15,084 bases of DNA, taken from Vulcanimicrobiota bacterium (lineage in GTDB: Bacteria > Vulcanimicrobiota > Vulcanimicrobiia > Vulcanimicrobiales > Vulcanimicrobiaceae). The translations under genes were made by a program, and so were the position numbers. The DNA lies in NCBI GenBank assembly GCA_003133025.1, contig PKZK01000217.1, positions 1 to 15,084 on the forward strand, written 5' to 3'. Under the pieces are notes generated by a model. It did no database searches. It worked only from the letters and a program-made list of their open reading frames with translations, and was not told the DNA's origin. This document shows, piece after piece, positions 7,740 through 15,084 of this stretch. Position 1 is the first letter of the stretch. Each line of letters begins with the position of its first letter.

Positions 7740-9197
7740 CTAAGCGCTGCGAACCAGCGTCTGCCCGGGGGCGGCTCGCGGAGCCGGCGGGCCCGCGGGC
7801 AGTTCGAATGCGAATGCCGCTCCCGAACCATGCGGCGTCGGATCGAGCAACCACAAGCGACCTCCCGCGCGCTCCATTGCGCGGCGCGCGATGGCCAGAC
7901 CTAAGCCGGAGCCCGGTACGTCGCGCGAGGATTCGCCGCGATAGAAACGTTCGAAGATCGTCTCGCGCTGCGCCGCCGGAACGCCGCGGCCGCCGTCGCT
8001 CACGACCAGCCGCACGCGCGTCTCGTCGAGCCGAGCAGCCGCGATTCGCACCGGGCTGCCCCCGCCATACTTCAGCGCGTTGTCGAGCACGTTGGCCAGC
8101 GCCTCGCGCACGTCGTCGCGCGAGGCGAAGATCTGCGCGTCTTCGGCGCTCTCGACGCGAATGTCGACACCGGAATAGAGGCTGCGGCGAACCGTCGTGA
8201 CCTCGTCGATCAATGCGCCCAGCGCGAAGGGTTCGACGAAGCCGCGTTCCTCCGAGTCGAGCCGGGCGAGCAAGACGAGGTTGTCGATCAACGCGCGCAT
8301 GCGACCGCCCTCGGCGTCGATGCTGTCGAAGGCAAAGGCCACCGGCGCGTCGTGAGGCCCGGTCACGCGGCGAACGTGTTCGGTGAAGCCGAGCACGATC
8401 GTCAACGGCGTGCGCAATTCGTGACCCGCGTCGGCCACGAACTGCCGGATGCGCTCGTCGGCGCGCTCGTGCTCCAGGAACGCCGCATCGACTTGCACGG
8501 CCGCGGCGTTGTACGCTTCGGCCACCGCATCGAACTCGCTGCGTCCGGCGACGGCGATCGGCTCGGGCGTGAAGTCGCGCGCGGCGAAGCGGTGCAACGC
8601 GCGGGTGACCTCGACGAGCGGACGCAGGGCCTCGGCTGCAATGTAGCGTCCGGCGATCCACGCCGCGCAGCCGGCGAGCGCGCCCGCGAGCACGATCGCG
8701 GCTAGCGCGAGCGAGAAGATCAGCAGCGTCTTGGCGGGATCGAGAGCGACCATCATGGCGCCCCCGTCGAAGGGCACGCGGCGCACGTGCGCGCCGAGCA
8801 ACTCGGCGATGGAAAAGCCCAGCCGGTTGGTGCGTTCCGGCGGCGGCTCCGTTTTTACGACGCCCTCGATCACTATGCGCGTCGGGAAACCTGCGCCCGG
8901 CGCGCCGCCGGGCGGCAGGGCGAACGGTCCCGGTTCCGGCGCTGCGAATGCGACGATGCCCGAGTGCCTGTCTTCACGCTCGAATGCGGCCGCCGCCCTT
9001 TCGAAGGGCACGCCCATGCGCTCGGCGCGTTTGCCGAACGAAAACGCGTGCACGGCGGTCTGGCCCGCAGTCTCGTCGACGAGCCGCACGTAGCCGTACA
9101 TCGCGCCCGCGGCAACGAGGCTCAGCAGCAACGCGGTTGCGGTGGCTGCGACCGCCGCGTACAGCAGCGTCATGCGCCGGGCGAAGCGCGCGAACAT
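7740..9197 (-). CDS. Sensor histidine kinase (2 TM, HAMP, HisKA, HATPase_c), 485 aa
   Basis: H-box FVADAGHELRTPLT, N-box NVLDNALKY, G1 VSDGGRGV, F-box IFERFYRG and G2 GSGLGLAIA. The ATG at 9197 overlaps the regulator's stop (TGATG), so the track's longer start at 9335 is unlikely. Confidence 0.95.
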   Translation of the reverse strand: MFARFARRMTLLYAAVAATATALLLSLVAAGAMYGYVRLVDETAGQTAVHAFSFGKRAERMGVPFERAAAAFEREDRHSGIVAFAAPEPGPFALPPGGAPGAGFPTRIVIEGVVKTEPPPERTNRLGFSIAELLGAHVRRVPFDGGAMMVALDPAKTLLIFSLALAAIVLAGALAGCAAWIAGRYIAAEALRPLVEVTRALHRFAARDFTPEPIAVAGRSEFDAVAEAYNAAAVQVDAAFLEHERADERIRQFVADAGHELRTPLTIVLGFTEHVRRVTGPHDAPVAFAFDSIDAEGGRMRALIDNLVLLARLDSEERGFVEPFALGALIDEVTTVRRSLYSGVDIRVESAEDAQIFASRDDVREALANVLDNALKYGGGSPVRIAAARLDETRVRLVVSDGGRGVPAAQRETIFERFYRGESSRDVPGSGLGLAIARRAMERAGGRLWLLDPTPHGSGAAFAFELPAGPPAPRAAPGQTLVRSA

Positions 9198-9892
9198 CAG
9201 GTGCGCCGCAACACGTAACCGACGCCGCGCACGGTGTGCAGAATCTTGCTCGAGGCGCCGGCTTCGAGCTTCCGGCGCAGATACGAGACGTAGGTGTCGA
9301 TCGCGCCCGACCCGACGCCGTGTCCCCGGCCCCAAGCCAGATCCAGCAACTGGCCGCGCGTCATGACTTTCTCGGCGTTCTGCACGAGCGTCTGCAATAA
9401 CGCGAACTCGCGCCCCGAGAGCACGATGGGACGGCCGCCGCGCTGCACGTTGCGCGTGTCGAGATCGATGTTCACATCGGCATAGACGAGCGACGCGGCG
9501 CGCTCGAGCCGCGGCCTGCGCAGCGCCGAATGCAGTCGTGCGGCGAGTTCCGACATGGCGAACGGCTTGGGCAAATAGTCGTCGGCGCCGCGCAGTAAGC
9601 CTTTGACCTTATCTTGGAGATCGGCCTTAGCGCTGAGCATCAGGATCGGCGCGTCCGTCAGTTTGCGAGCCATCGGAATGAAGTCGATGCCGTCGAGCCA
9701 GGGCATCATCACGTCGAGCACGATCGTGGCCGGCTGCCAATCGCGCACCAAACGCAAGGCGCGCGCTGCGTCCTCAGCCGTGCGCACCTCGAAGCCATAT
9801 TCGGGCAATGCGATCTCGAGCAGATCGCGAACGCGCCGCTCGTCGTCGACGGCCAACACGCGCGGCAGATCCCGTACCTCGGCTGCAGTCAA
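9197..9892 (-). CDS. OmpR/PhoB-family response regulator (MprA-like)
   Basis: Receiver motifs VLAVDDE, IVLDVMMP (phospho-Asp), PILMLSAK and GADDYLPKPF; winged helix REFALL...IDTYVSYLRRKL...LHTVRGVGY. TTG start with AAGGAGG at 9903-9909. Confidence 0.95.
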   Translation of the reverse strand: MTAAEVRDLPRVLAVDDERRVRDLLEIALPEYGFEVRTAEDAARALRLVRDWQPATIVLDVMMPWLDGIDFIPMARKLTDAPILMLSAKADLQDKVKGLLRGADDYLPKPFAMSELAARLHSALRRPRLERAASLVYADVNIDLDTRNVQRGGRPIVLSGREFALLQTLVQNAEKVMTRGQLLDLAWGRGHGVGSGAIDTYVSYLRRKLEAGASSKILHTVRGVGYVLRRT

Positions 9893-9916
9893 ACGTCATC
9901 GTCCTCCTTCGGGGCC

Positions 9917-9960
9917 ATGCTAACCGCTGCGCATCAAGCTTTTCTGAGAACCCGCTTAGA
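9917..9960 (-). promoter_or_regulatory. Putative regulator promoter: -10 TAGCAT plus a tandem TCTAAG-N5-TCTCAG box at the -35 edge
   Basis: Minus-strand TAGCAT at 9917-9922 just upstream of the RBS. Half-sites lie at 9955-9960 and 9944-9949 with an 11-bp period, and there is a weaker third half-site at about 9966-9971. Confidence 0.55.
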
Positions 9961-10004
9961 ATGCTCTGCGGGATAGCGCGCACCGCCCTCTGAATTCACC
10001 GGGC

Positions 10005-10772
10005 ATGAGACGTGCGATCGCGCTTCCCATCGCCGCGTTGCTCGCGAGCGTCGCGGCCTACGCGGCCGAGCGGCCGACCATCATACCGCCCAACGGCGAA
10101 CGGGCGGGCTACCTGTGGACGATCACGCGACACTCACCGGCGGGCTCGCTCGATGCGAGCGCGGCCGTGACGTTGCGCGGCACGACGCCGCCGGGCACGA
10201 TGCAAGTCGCGGTGACGGTCGACGGCGACGACCAAGTCTACACGGCGCGCAGTTCCGCCGACGGTTCGCTCAATTTCGTCGCGACCAAGCACGAGGATAC
10301 CGTGCCCGAATTGCTCAGGCTCGATCAGGTCGCGCGCCTGGCCGGAGGCGCCGGCGCCACGCCGAAGCTGGGCGACACGTGGCGGATGGAGTTCTCCGAA
10401 CCCGTCCCGGGCGGCTCGATCGACGTGACGGTGCAGGCCAAGGTGACCACCGTCGACGGCGATGCGTTCAGCGTCGAGGCCGGCGGCGAGGCCTTGGGAA
10501 CGATCGCCGTGCCCAAACCGGAGCCGACGCCCGGTGGCCGCGGCGGCGCGCCCGGCCAGGGTTTCCCGGGCAGCGGACCGAGCACGCTCAACAGCGACGT
10601 CGACGACGGAACCAAAGCCAAGGACAACACGATGGACGTGAAGATGCGCGTGCACGTGAGCGCGAGCTTCGCCGGCGGATTGCTCCGCGAAGCCGGCGGT
10701 TCGCAGATCGTCTCGCCGGTTCAGGGACCGAAGGAGCAGATCGAGACCGACTGGGCGCTTACGAAATCGTAA
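10005..10772 (+). CDS. Secreted hypothetical protein (255 aa), beta-rich
   Basis: Signal peptide MRRAIALPIAALLASVAAYAA, alternating beta-strand patterns and a Pro/Gly-rich insertion. Codon usage is GC3-biased. It is divergent from the regulator and overlaps the ettA 3' end by 14 bp. Confidence 0.8.
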   Translation: MRRAIALPIAALLASVAAYAAERPTIIPPNGERAGYLWTITRHSPAGSLDASAAVTLRGTTPPGTMQVAVTVDGDDQVYTARSSADGSLNFVATKHEDTVPELLRLDQVARLAGGAGATPKLGDTWRMEFSEPVPGGSIDVTVQAKVTTVDGDAFSVEAGGEALGTIAVPKPEPTPGGRGGAPGQGFPGSGPSTLNSDVDDGTKAKDNTMDVKMRVHVSASFAGGLLREAGGSQIVSPVQGPKEQIETDWALTKS

Positions 10773-12426
10773 GCGGCTTGTAGCGAATGCGGTGCGGCCT
10801 CGCGGCCTCTTCGCCCAAACGCGCGCGCTTGTCGGCTTCGTATTCCTGGTAGTTGCCTTCGAAGAACGCGACCTTGGCGTCGTCTTCGAAGGCGAGGATG
10901 TGGGTGGCCACGCGGTCGAGGAACCAGCGGTCGTGACTGATCACGAGCACGGTACCGGCAAACTCTTCGAGCGCACCTTCGAGCGCGCGCAGCGTCTCAA
11001 CGTCGAGATCGTTCGAGGGTTCGTCGAGCAGCAGTACGTTGGCCCCACTGAGCAGTTGCTTGGCCAGATGGAAGCGGCCGCGTTCGCCGCCGGATAACGT
11101 GCCGAGCGTCTTCTGCTGATCGGCCCCCTTGAAGTTGAAGCGGCCGAGATAGGCTCGCGTGGGCATCTCGAAACGGCCGACCATCAAAAGATCGTTGCCG
11201 CCGCTAATTTCTTCGTGGAGGGTCTTGGAGTCGTCGAGCGCCTCGCGCGTTTGATCGACGAGCGCCAGCTTCACGGTGGCGCCGAGCGAGATCGTGCCCG
11301 CGTCGGGCTGTTCGCGTCCCGCGATCATCCGGAAGAGCGTGGATTTACCCGCGCCGTTGGGCCCGATGATGCCCACGATCGCGCCCGCCGGAATACGAAA
11401 CGAGAGGTCGTCGATCAAGACGCGGTCGCCGTAGCCTTTGCGCACGCCCTCGAACTCGATGACCCGATCGCCCAACCGTTCCGCGACGGGAATGAAGATC
11501 TCTTGCGTCTCGTTGCGCCGCTGGTATTCGTAGCTGGAGAGTTCTTCGAAGCGCGCGATGCGGCTCTTGCTCTTCGACTGACGCCCTTTCGTGCCCGCGC
11601 GCACCCATTCCAACTCGCGCTTGAGCGCCTTCTGTCGCGCGCTCTCCGAAGACTCTTCCTGCGCGAGACGCGCTTCTTTCTGCTCGAGCCACGAACTATA
11701 GTTGCCCTTCCAGGGGATGCCGCGGCCGCGATCGAGTTCGAGGATCCATTCCGCCGCGTTGTCCAGGAAATAGCGATCGTGCGTGATCGCGACGACGGTT
11801 CCCGGAAAGCGCTGCAAGTAATGCTCGAGCCACTCGACGCTTTCGGCATCGAGATGGTTGGTGGGTTCGTCGAGCAAGAGCATGTCGGGCTTCGAGAGCA
11901 GCAAGCGACAGAGCGCGACGCGGCGCTTTTCGCCGCCCGAGAGCGGGCCGATCGGCGCATCCCAGGGCGGCAAGCGCAGGGCGTCGGCGGCGATCTCCAA
12001 CTGCTGTTCGACCTCGCCGCCGTCTTGCGCGAAAATGACCGCTTCGAGCTGCGCTTGTTCGGCGGCGAGCTTGTCGAAATCGGCGTCGGGGTCGCCGTAC
12101 GCCGCATACACCTCGTCGAGGCGCTTGCGCGCGGCGAGGAGCTCGCCTAAACCCTCCTCGACGGTTTCGCGTACGGTCTTGGCCGGATCGAGCTTCGGTT
12201 CCTGAGGCAGGTAGCCGACCGTCAGGCCCGGCGCGGGCTTGGCTTCGCCGTCGAACTCCGGGTCGACGCCGGCGAGAATGCGCAGCAGGCTCGACTTGCC
12301 CGAGCCGTTGAGGCCCAGCACGCCGATCTTGGCGCCGGGAAAGAAGCTGAGCGAGATGTCCTTGAGAATCTGGCGTTTGGGCGCGACGGTCTTGCCGACC
12401 CGATACATCGTATAGGCGTATTGCAT
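10759..12426 (-). CDS. ettA: Energy-dependent translational throttle ABC-F ATPase EttA (555 aa)
   Basis: Starts MQYAYTMYRVGK...ILKDISLSFFPGAKIGVLGLNGSGKS, the characteristic EttA N-terminus. Two ABC domains (LSGGE, LLLDEP, HDR), the linker ELEWVR...GRQSKSKSRI, the C-terminus PHRIRYKPL, and no TM segments. Confidence 0.96.
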   Translation of the reverse strand: MQYAYTMYRVGKTVAPKRQILKDISLSFFPGAKIGVLGLNGSGKSSLLRILAGVDPEFDGEAKPAPGLTVGYLPQEPKLDPAKTVRETVEEGLGELLAARKRLDEVYAAYGDPDADFDKLAAEQAQLEAVIFAQDGGEVEQQLEIAADALRLPPWDAPIGPLSGGEKRRVALCRLLLSKPDMLLLDEPTNHLDAESVEWLEHYLQRFPGTVVAITHDRYFLDNAAEWILELDRGRGIPWKGNYSSWLEQKEARLAQEESSESARQKALKRELEWVRAGTKGRQSKSKSRIARFEELSSYEYQRRNETQEIFIPVAERLGDRVIEFEGVRKGYGDRVLIDDLSFRIPAGAIVGIIGPNGAGKSTLFRMIAGREQPDAGTISLGATVKLALVDQTREALDDSKTLHEEISGGNDLLMVGRFEMPTRAYLGRFNFKGADQQKTLGTLSGGERGRFHLAKQLLSGANVLLLDEPSNDLDVETLRALEGALEEFAGTVLVISHDRWFLDRVATHILAFEDDAKVAFFEGNYQEYEADKRARLGEEAARPHRIRYKPLTIS

Positions 12427-12610
12427 GCGCTGGAAGATGTACGGGGCCACGCGAGGCGTCTCATGCCGGCCGGGTGCCCACGCGCGGAGTCGAGCGCCGC
12501 ATCGGCGCGCTGCCTGACGACCCGAACATCGCATTCGTGCACGTCCGCGAGCGAGGCTGGGCACGGGCGGGCGGAGAACTCGGCGACACTCGCCGGCCCT
12601 AGGAGAGAGC

Positions 12611-12937
12611 ATGCACCGTTTCGTCCCGGCGCTGGTCGCCGCGGCCGCGCTGGGCAGCGCGGCGCCCGCCCTATCCGCCGAATCTTCAGGCCCAACGCAC
12701 GTCGTATACGGCATCGTCACGCAAATCGGGGCGAACTCGATCGTGATCACGCGCCGCGACGGCAGCCGCGTCTCGATCGACATCGCACCGGCGCAAGCCG
12801 CGGGAACGACGGGCGTGCTCTACCCGAACCGCCCGATCGCGATCAGCGGCGAATTCGATCGCGCGGGTCGCTATCACGCCGAGGCGATCCGCAGCTGGTA
12901 CGAGCTGCGCCGCGGCGTTTGGCCGGCGGACCGGTGA
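12611..12937 (+). CDS. Small secreted protein (108 aa), possible OB-fold
   Basis: AGGAG RBS and a signal peptide. The pattern VYGIVTQIGANSIVI...VSIDI...IAISGEFD resembles small periplasmic OB-fold domains. Its stop overlaps the next start (GTGA). Confidence 0.75.
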   Translation: MHRFVPALVAAAALGSAAPALSAESSGPTHVVYGIVTQIGANSIVITRRDGSRVSIDIAPAQAAGTTGVLYPNRPIAISGEFDRAGRYHAEAIRSWYELRRGVWPADR

Positions 12938-14502
12938 GCGCAGTGAAGCTCGCACGCTTCGCCGGCTTCGGTGCGGCCGCACTGGCGGCGTTGACACTGC
13001 CCGCCGCAGCCGACAATCTCACCTATCACGGCGACACGTTGCGCAGCGGCTGGACGTCGAACGAAACGACGCTGACGCCCGCCAACGTCGCCTCCTCGAA
13101 CTTCGGCCGGAACTTTACGGTGCAACTCGACGCAGTCACCTTCGGCCAGCCGCTCGTCGCCGACGGCGAAGCGACCCAATCCGGAACGCACGACTTGGTC
13201 GTGGTCGCGACCACGAAAGATACGGTCTACGCCATCGACGCAGATAGCGGCCAGACCGTGTGGAAAACCTCGCTGCTGCCGGCCGGCGCGAAGCAAGTGA
13301 CGGCGAAGTTCACCAACTGCGGCATCGCGCCGACCTACGGCATCGTCTCGACGCCGGTCATCGATCGCACGCGCGATACCGTGTACGTCGTCGGGGTTTC
13401 CCTCGAACGTCATAAGATGGTCTACCGTCTGCACGCGCTCTCGCTGGCGAGCGGCGCGGATCTGCAGACGCCGGTCGAAATCCAAGGCTCGGTCAAGGCC
13501 AAGCACGGCATCGAGGAATTCGATCCGAACGTGCATACGCAGCGGCCCGCCCTGACCGAGGCCAACGGCAACATCTACGTGGGCTTCGGCAGCATCTGCG
13601 ACTATCACCCGAAGCGCTATCACGGCTGGATCTTCTCGTTCAACGCTCAGTCACTCGTCCAAAACGCCATCTACAACTCGACCCCGGCGCGCGGCGAAGG
13701 CGACACGTTCTACGGCGGGATCTGGATGGGCGGCAACGGCCCCGCGGCCGATACGGACGGTTCCCTCTTCTTCGCCGTCGGTAACGGCACGTTCGACAAC
13801 CAAACCTCGTTCGGCGATAGCGTCGTACACCTCTCGCCGGCACTCGCTCAGCTCGACTATTTTACGCCGTACACCGTCTCGCAAGACAACGCGTACGACG
13901 CCGATCTCGGTTCGGGCGGCACGATGCTCTTGCCCAACCCGCACGGCTCGCCGCTGCAGGTCGCGGTGGCGCAGGGCAAAGACGGCATCTTGACGCTGAT
14001 GAACCGCGCGCACCTCGGCGGCTACACGCCGAGCGGTCCCGACAACGTGCTGGCCGAGTTGTCGCTGGGCGGCGTGTGGTCGTCGCCCGCGTATTGGGAA
14101 GATTCGAAAGGCAACGAATACGTCTTCACGACGGGTGGTCCGCTCTATGCCGTGGCGGTGACGCGAAACCCGGCCTCGCTCGCGGTCGTCGGGCAGACCA
14201 ACGAGCAGTATCCCGAGGACAACGGCAACGGCTCCACGCCGACGATCTCCTCGAACGGGACGCAGGCCGGCACCGCGGTCGCCTGGATCGTGCAGTACAA
14301 CGGGGGCCTCACGCTCTACGCATACGATCCCACGAACCTGGGCACGCCGCTCTTCAACGCGTCGCTCGGCGGCTGGGACCTCGCAAACACCTACGTGGTG
14401 CCGACCGTCGACAACGGCCGCGTGTTCGCGATGGGCGAGGGCGTGCTGTATCAGTTCGGCCTAAGCGGCGGCGCACGCGCGAAGCACCCGCACCAACGGT
14501 AA
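12934..14502 (+). CDS. Secreted PQQ-like beta-propeller repeat protein (522 aa)
   Basis: In-frame GTG at 12934 coupled to the upstream stop. Signal peptide (...LTLPAAA), N-terminal LTYHGDTLRSG, and PQQ-type blade motifs VYAIDADSGQTVWK, GIVSTPVID, DADLGSGG and VPTVDNGRVF. Confidence 0.85.
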   Translation: MSAVKLARFAGFGAAALAALTLPAAADNLTYHGDTLRSGWTSNETTLTPANVASSNFGRNFTVQLDAVTFGQPLVADGEATQSGTHDLVVVATTKDTVYAIDADSGQTVWKTSLLPAGAKQVTAKFTNCGIAPTYGIVSTPVIDRTRDTVYVVGVSLERHKMVYRLHALSLASGADLQTPVEIQGSVKAKHGIEEFDPNVHTQRPALTEANGNIYVGFGSICDYHPKRYHGWIFSFNAQSLVQNAIYNSTPARGEGDTFYGGIWMGGNGPAADTDGSLFFAVGNGTFDNQTSFGDSVVHLSPALAQLDYFTPYTVSQDNAYDADLGSGGTMLLPNPHGSPLQVAVAQGKDGILTLMNRAHLGGYTPSGPDNVLAELSLGGVWSSPAYWEDSKGNEYVFTTGGPLYAVAVTRNPASLAVVGQTNEQYPEDNGNGSTPTISSNGTQAGTAVAWIVQYNGGLTLYAYDPTNLGTPLFNASLGGWDLANTYVVPTVDNGRVFAMGEGVLYQFGLSGGARAKHPHQR

Positions 14503-14541
14503 GCGCACCCGCCCAAGCCGGATTTCGGGCGGTCGAGAAAC

Positions 14542-14581
14542 GAGAAACCCGCGCACCTCACGGTTCGCGGGTTTCTCATTT
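14542..14581. terminator. Bidirectional intrinsic terminator between the beta-propeller gene and tRNA-Pro
   Basis: 12-bp inverted repeat GAGAAACCCGCG (14542-14553) / CGCGGGTTTCTC (14566-14577) with T-rich ends. A second small hairpin, CCGCCC/GGGCGG, lies at about 14509-14532. Confidence 0.75.
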
Positions 14582-14657
14582 GGTCGGGCAGACAGGATTT
14601 GAACCTGCGACCCCCTACACCCCATGCAGGTGCGCTACCAAGCTGCGCTACTGCCCG
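14581..14657 (-). tRNA. tRNA-Pro (anticodon GGG), CCA encoded
   Basis: Reverse complement: CGGGCAGTAGCGCAGCTTGGTAGCGCACCTGCATGGGGTGTAGGGGGTCGCAGGTTCAAATCCTGTCTGCCCGACCA (77 nt). Acceptor stem CGGGCAG/CTGCCCG, anticodon loop AT-GGG-GT, T-loop TTCAAAT. Confidence 0.98.
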
Positions 14658-14788
14658 ATTGAGGCCTCTTCGCAGCCCGGGGTCCAAGTCCATCCCCGGC
14701 CGGGCCGGGCAAATATTTCGGATTTCGGGCGACACATCCGTAACCGGCGGCGGGTATACCCGGCGACCCTCTCCCCAAAGGTTACGAC

Positions 14789-15084
14789 ATGCAACGCCTC
14801 GGAGCGCTCGCGGCCGCCCTCGCCGCGTGCCTAGTTCTGTGCTGCCGTCTGCCGGCCGCCGCCGCGGACCCTACCACGATCGCCGTGCCCGTGTTACCCG
14901 CCCCGCCCTCGGTGACGGGCGTGCTCGACGATTCGTGGAAGGGCGCCGCGGACATCACGCTTGCGACCGACTTCACCTATCGGCGCGCAGCCGACGAGCC
15001 CGCCACCGTCTCCATCGCGCAGGATGCGAGCGCGCTCGACGTCACCTTCACCGTGCGCCAGCGCGAGAACGTGCTTGCCGGTCA
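14789..15084 (+). CDS. Secreted protein with a CBM9/DOMON-like N-terminus (partial, runs off the right edge)
   Basis: Not in the track. Manual translation: MQRLGALAAALAACLVLCCRLPAAAADPTTIAVPVLPAPPSVTGVLDDSWKGAADITL...VSIAQDASALDVTFTV. A signal peptide is followed by the PxxxGxLDDxW...vxxxxDxxxLxvxf pattern of CBM9-like domains. Confidence 0.7.
   Translation, partial: MQRLGALAAALAACLVLCCRLPAAAADPTTIAVPVLPAPPSVTGVLDDSWKGAADITLATDFTYRRAADEPATVSIAQDASALDVTFTVRQRENVLAG

Noticed and set aside
12520..12550. ECF-sigma-like GAAC...CGTC promoter upstream of the gene at 12611
   Set aside because: The spacing is short, and such short words are frequent by chance at this GC content.
12421..12933. N-terminal extensions in the ORF track for ettA (to 12783) and the propeller (from 12421); likewise 3560 and 9335
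   Set aside because: The extensions are low-complexity and overlap real neighbours. Family N-termini, signal peptides and coupled starts support the shorter calls.
14503..14657. tRNA-Pro as an integration site for a genomic island
   Set aside because: I noticed no integrase and no duplicated tRNA 3' end in the window. The tRNA is followed directly by a normal terminator, with no obvious compositional shift.
1..15084. CRISPR arrays, IS elements, defence systems or frameshifted pseudogenes
   Set aside because: I saw no regularly spaced repeats, terminal inverted repeats, transposase/nuclease motifs or broken frames.

Overview
GC-rich bacterial chromosomal window with housekeeping and envelope/secretome genes. 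I see no integrase, transposase or CRISPR array. From left to right: a tightly overlapped minus-strand valS-pyrR-pyrB(partial) run, preceded by an unannotated 43-aa single-TM micro-ORF; a divergent PDZ-multiTM-GAF membrane protein with no output domain; a 170-bp structure-rich gap; a small secreted protein; a lipoprotein phosphoesterase (PLC/AcpA family); an OmpR/MprA-type response regulator with its histidine kinase; a secreted beta-rich protein; ettA; a small secreted protein coupled to a PQQ-like beta-propeller protein; tRNA-Pro(GGG); and the start of a secreted CBM9/DOMON-like protein. The best leads are (i) CTGAGA-N5-CT(G/T)AGA tandem boxes (MprA-box-like) on both sides of the two-component system, predicting a local regulon of secreted proteins; (ii) a PyrR with substitutions at RNA-binding positions and no room for an attenuator; (iii) the micro-ORF; (iv) a candidate structured RNA at about 5637-5791; (v) the output-less sensor. 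The gene repertoire reminds me of Eremiobacterota/Vulcanimicrobiota, but that is an unverified impression.
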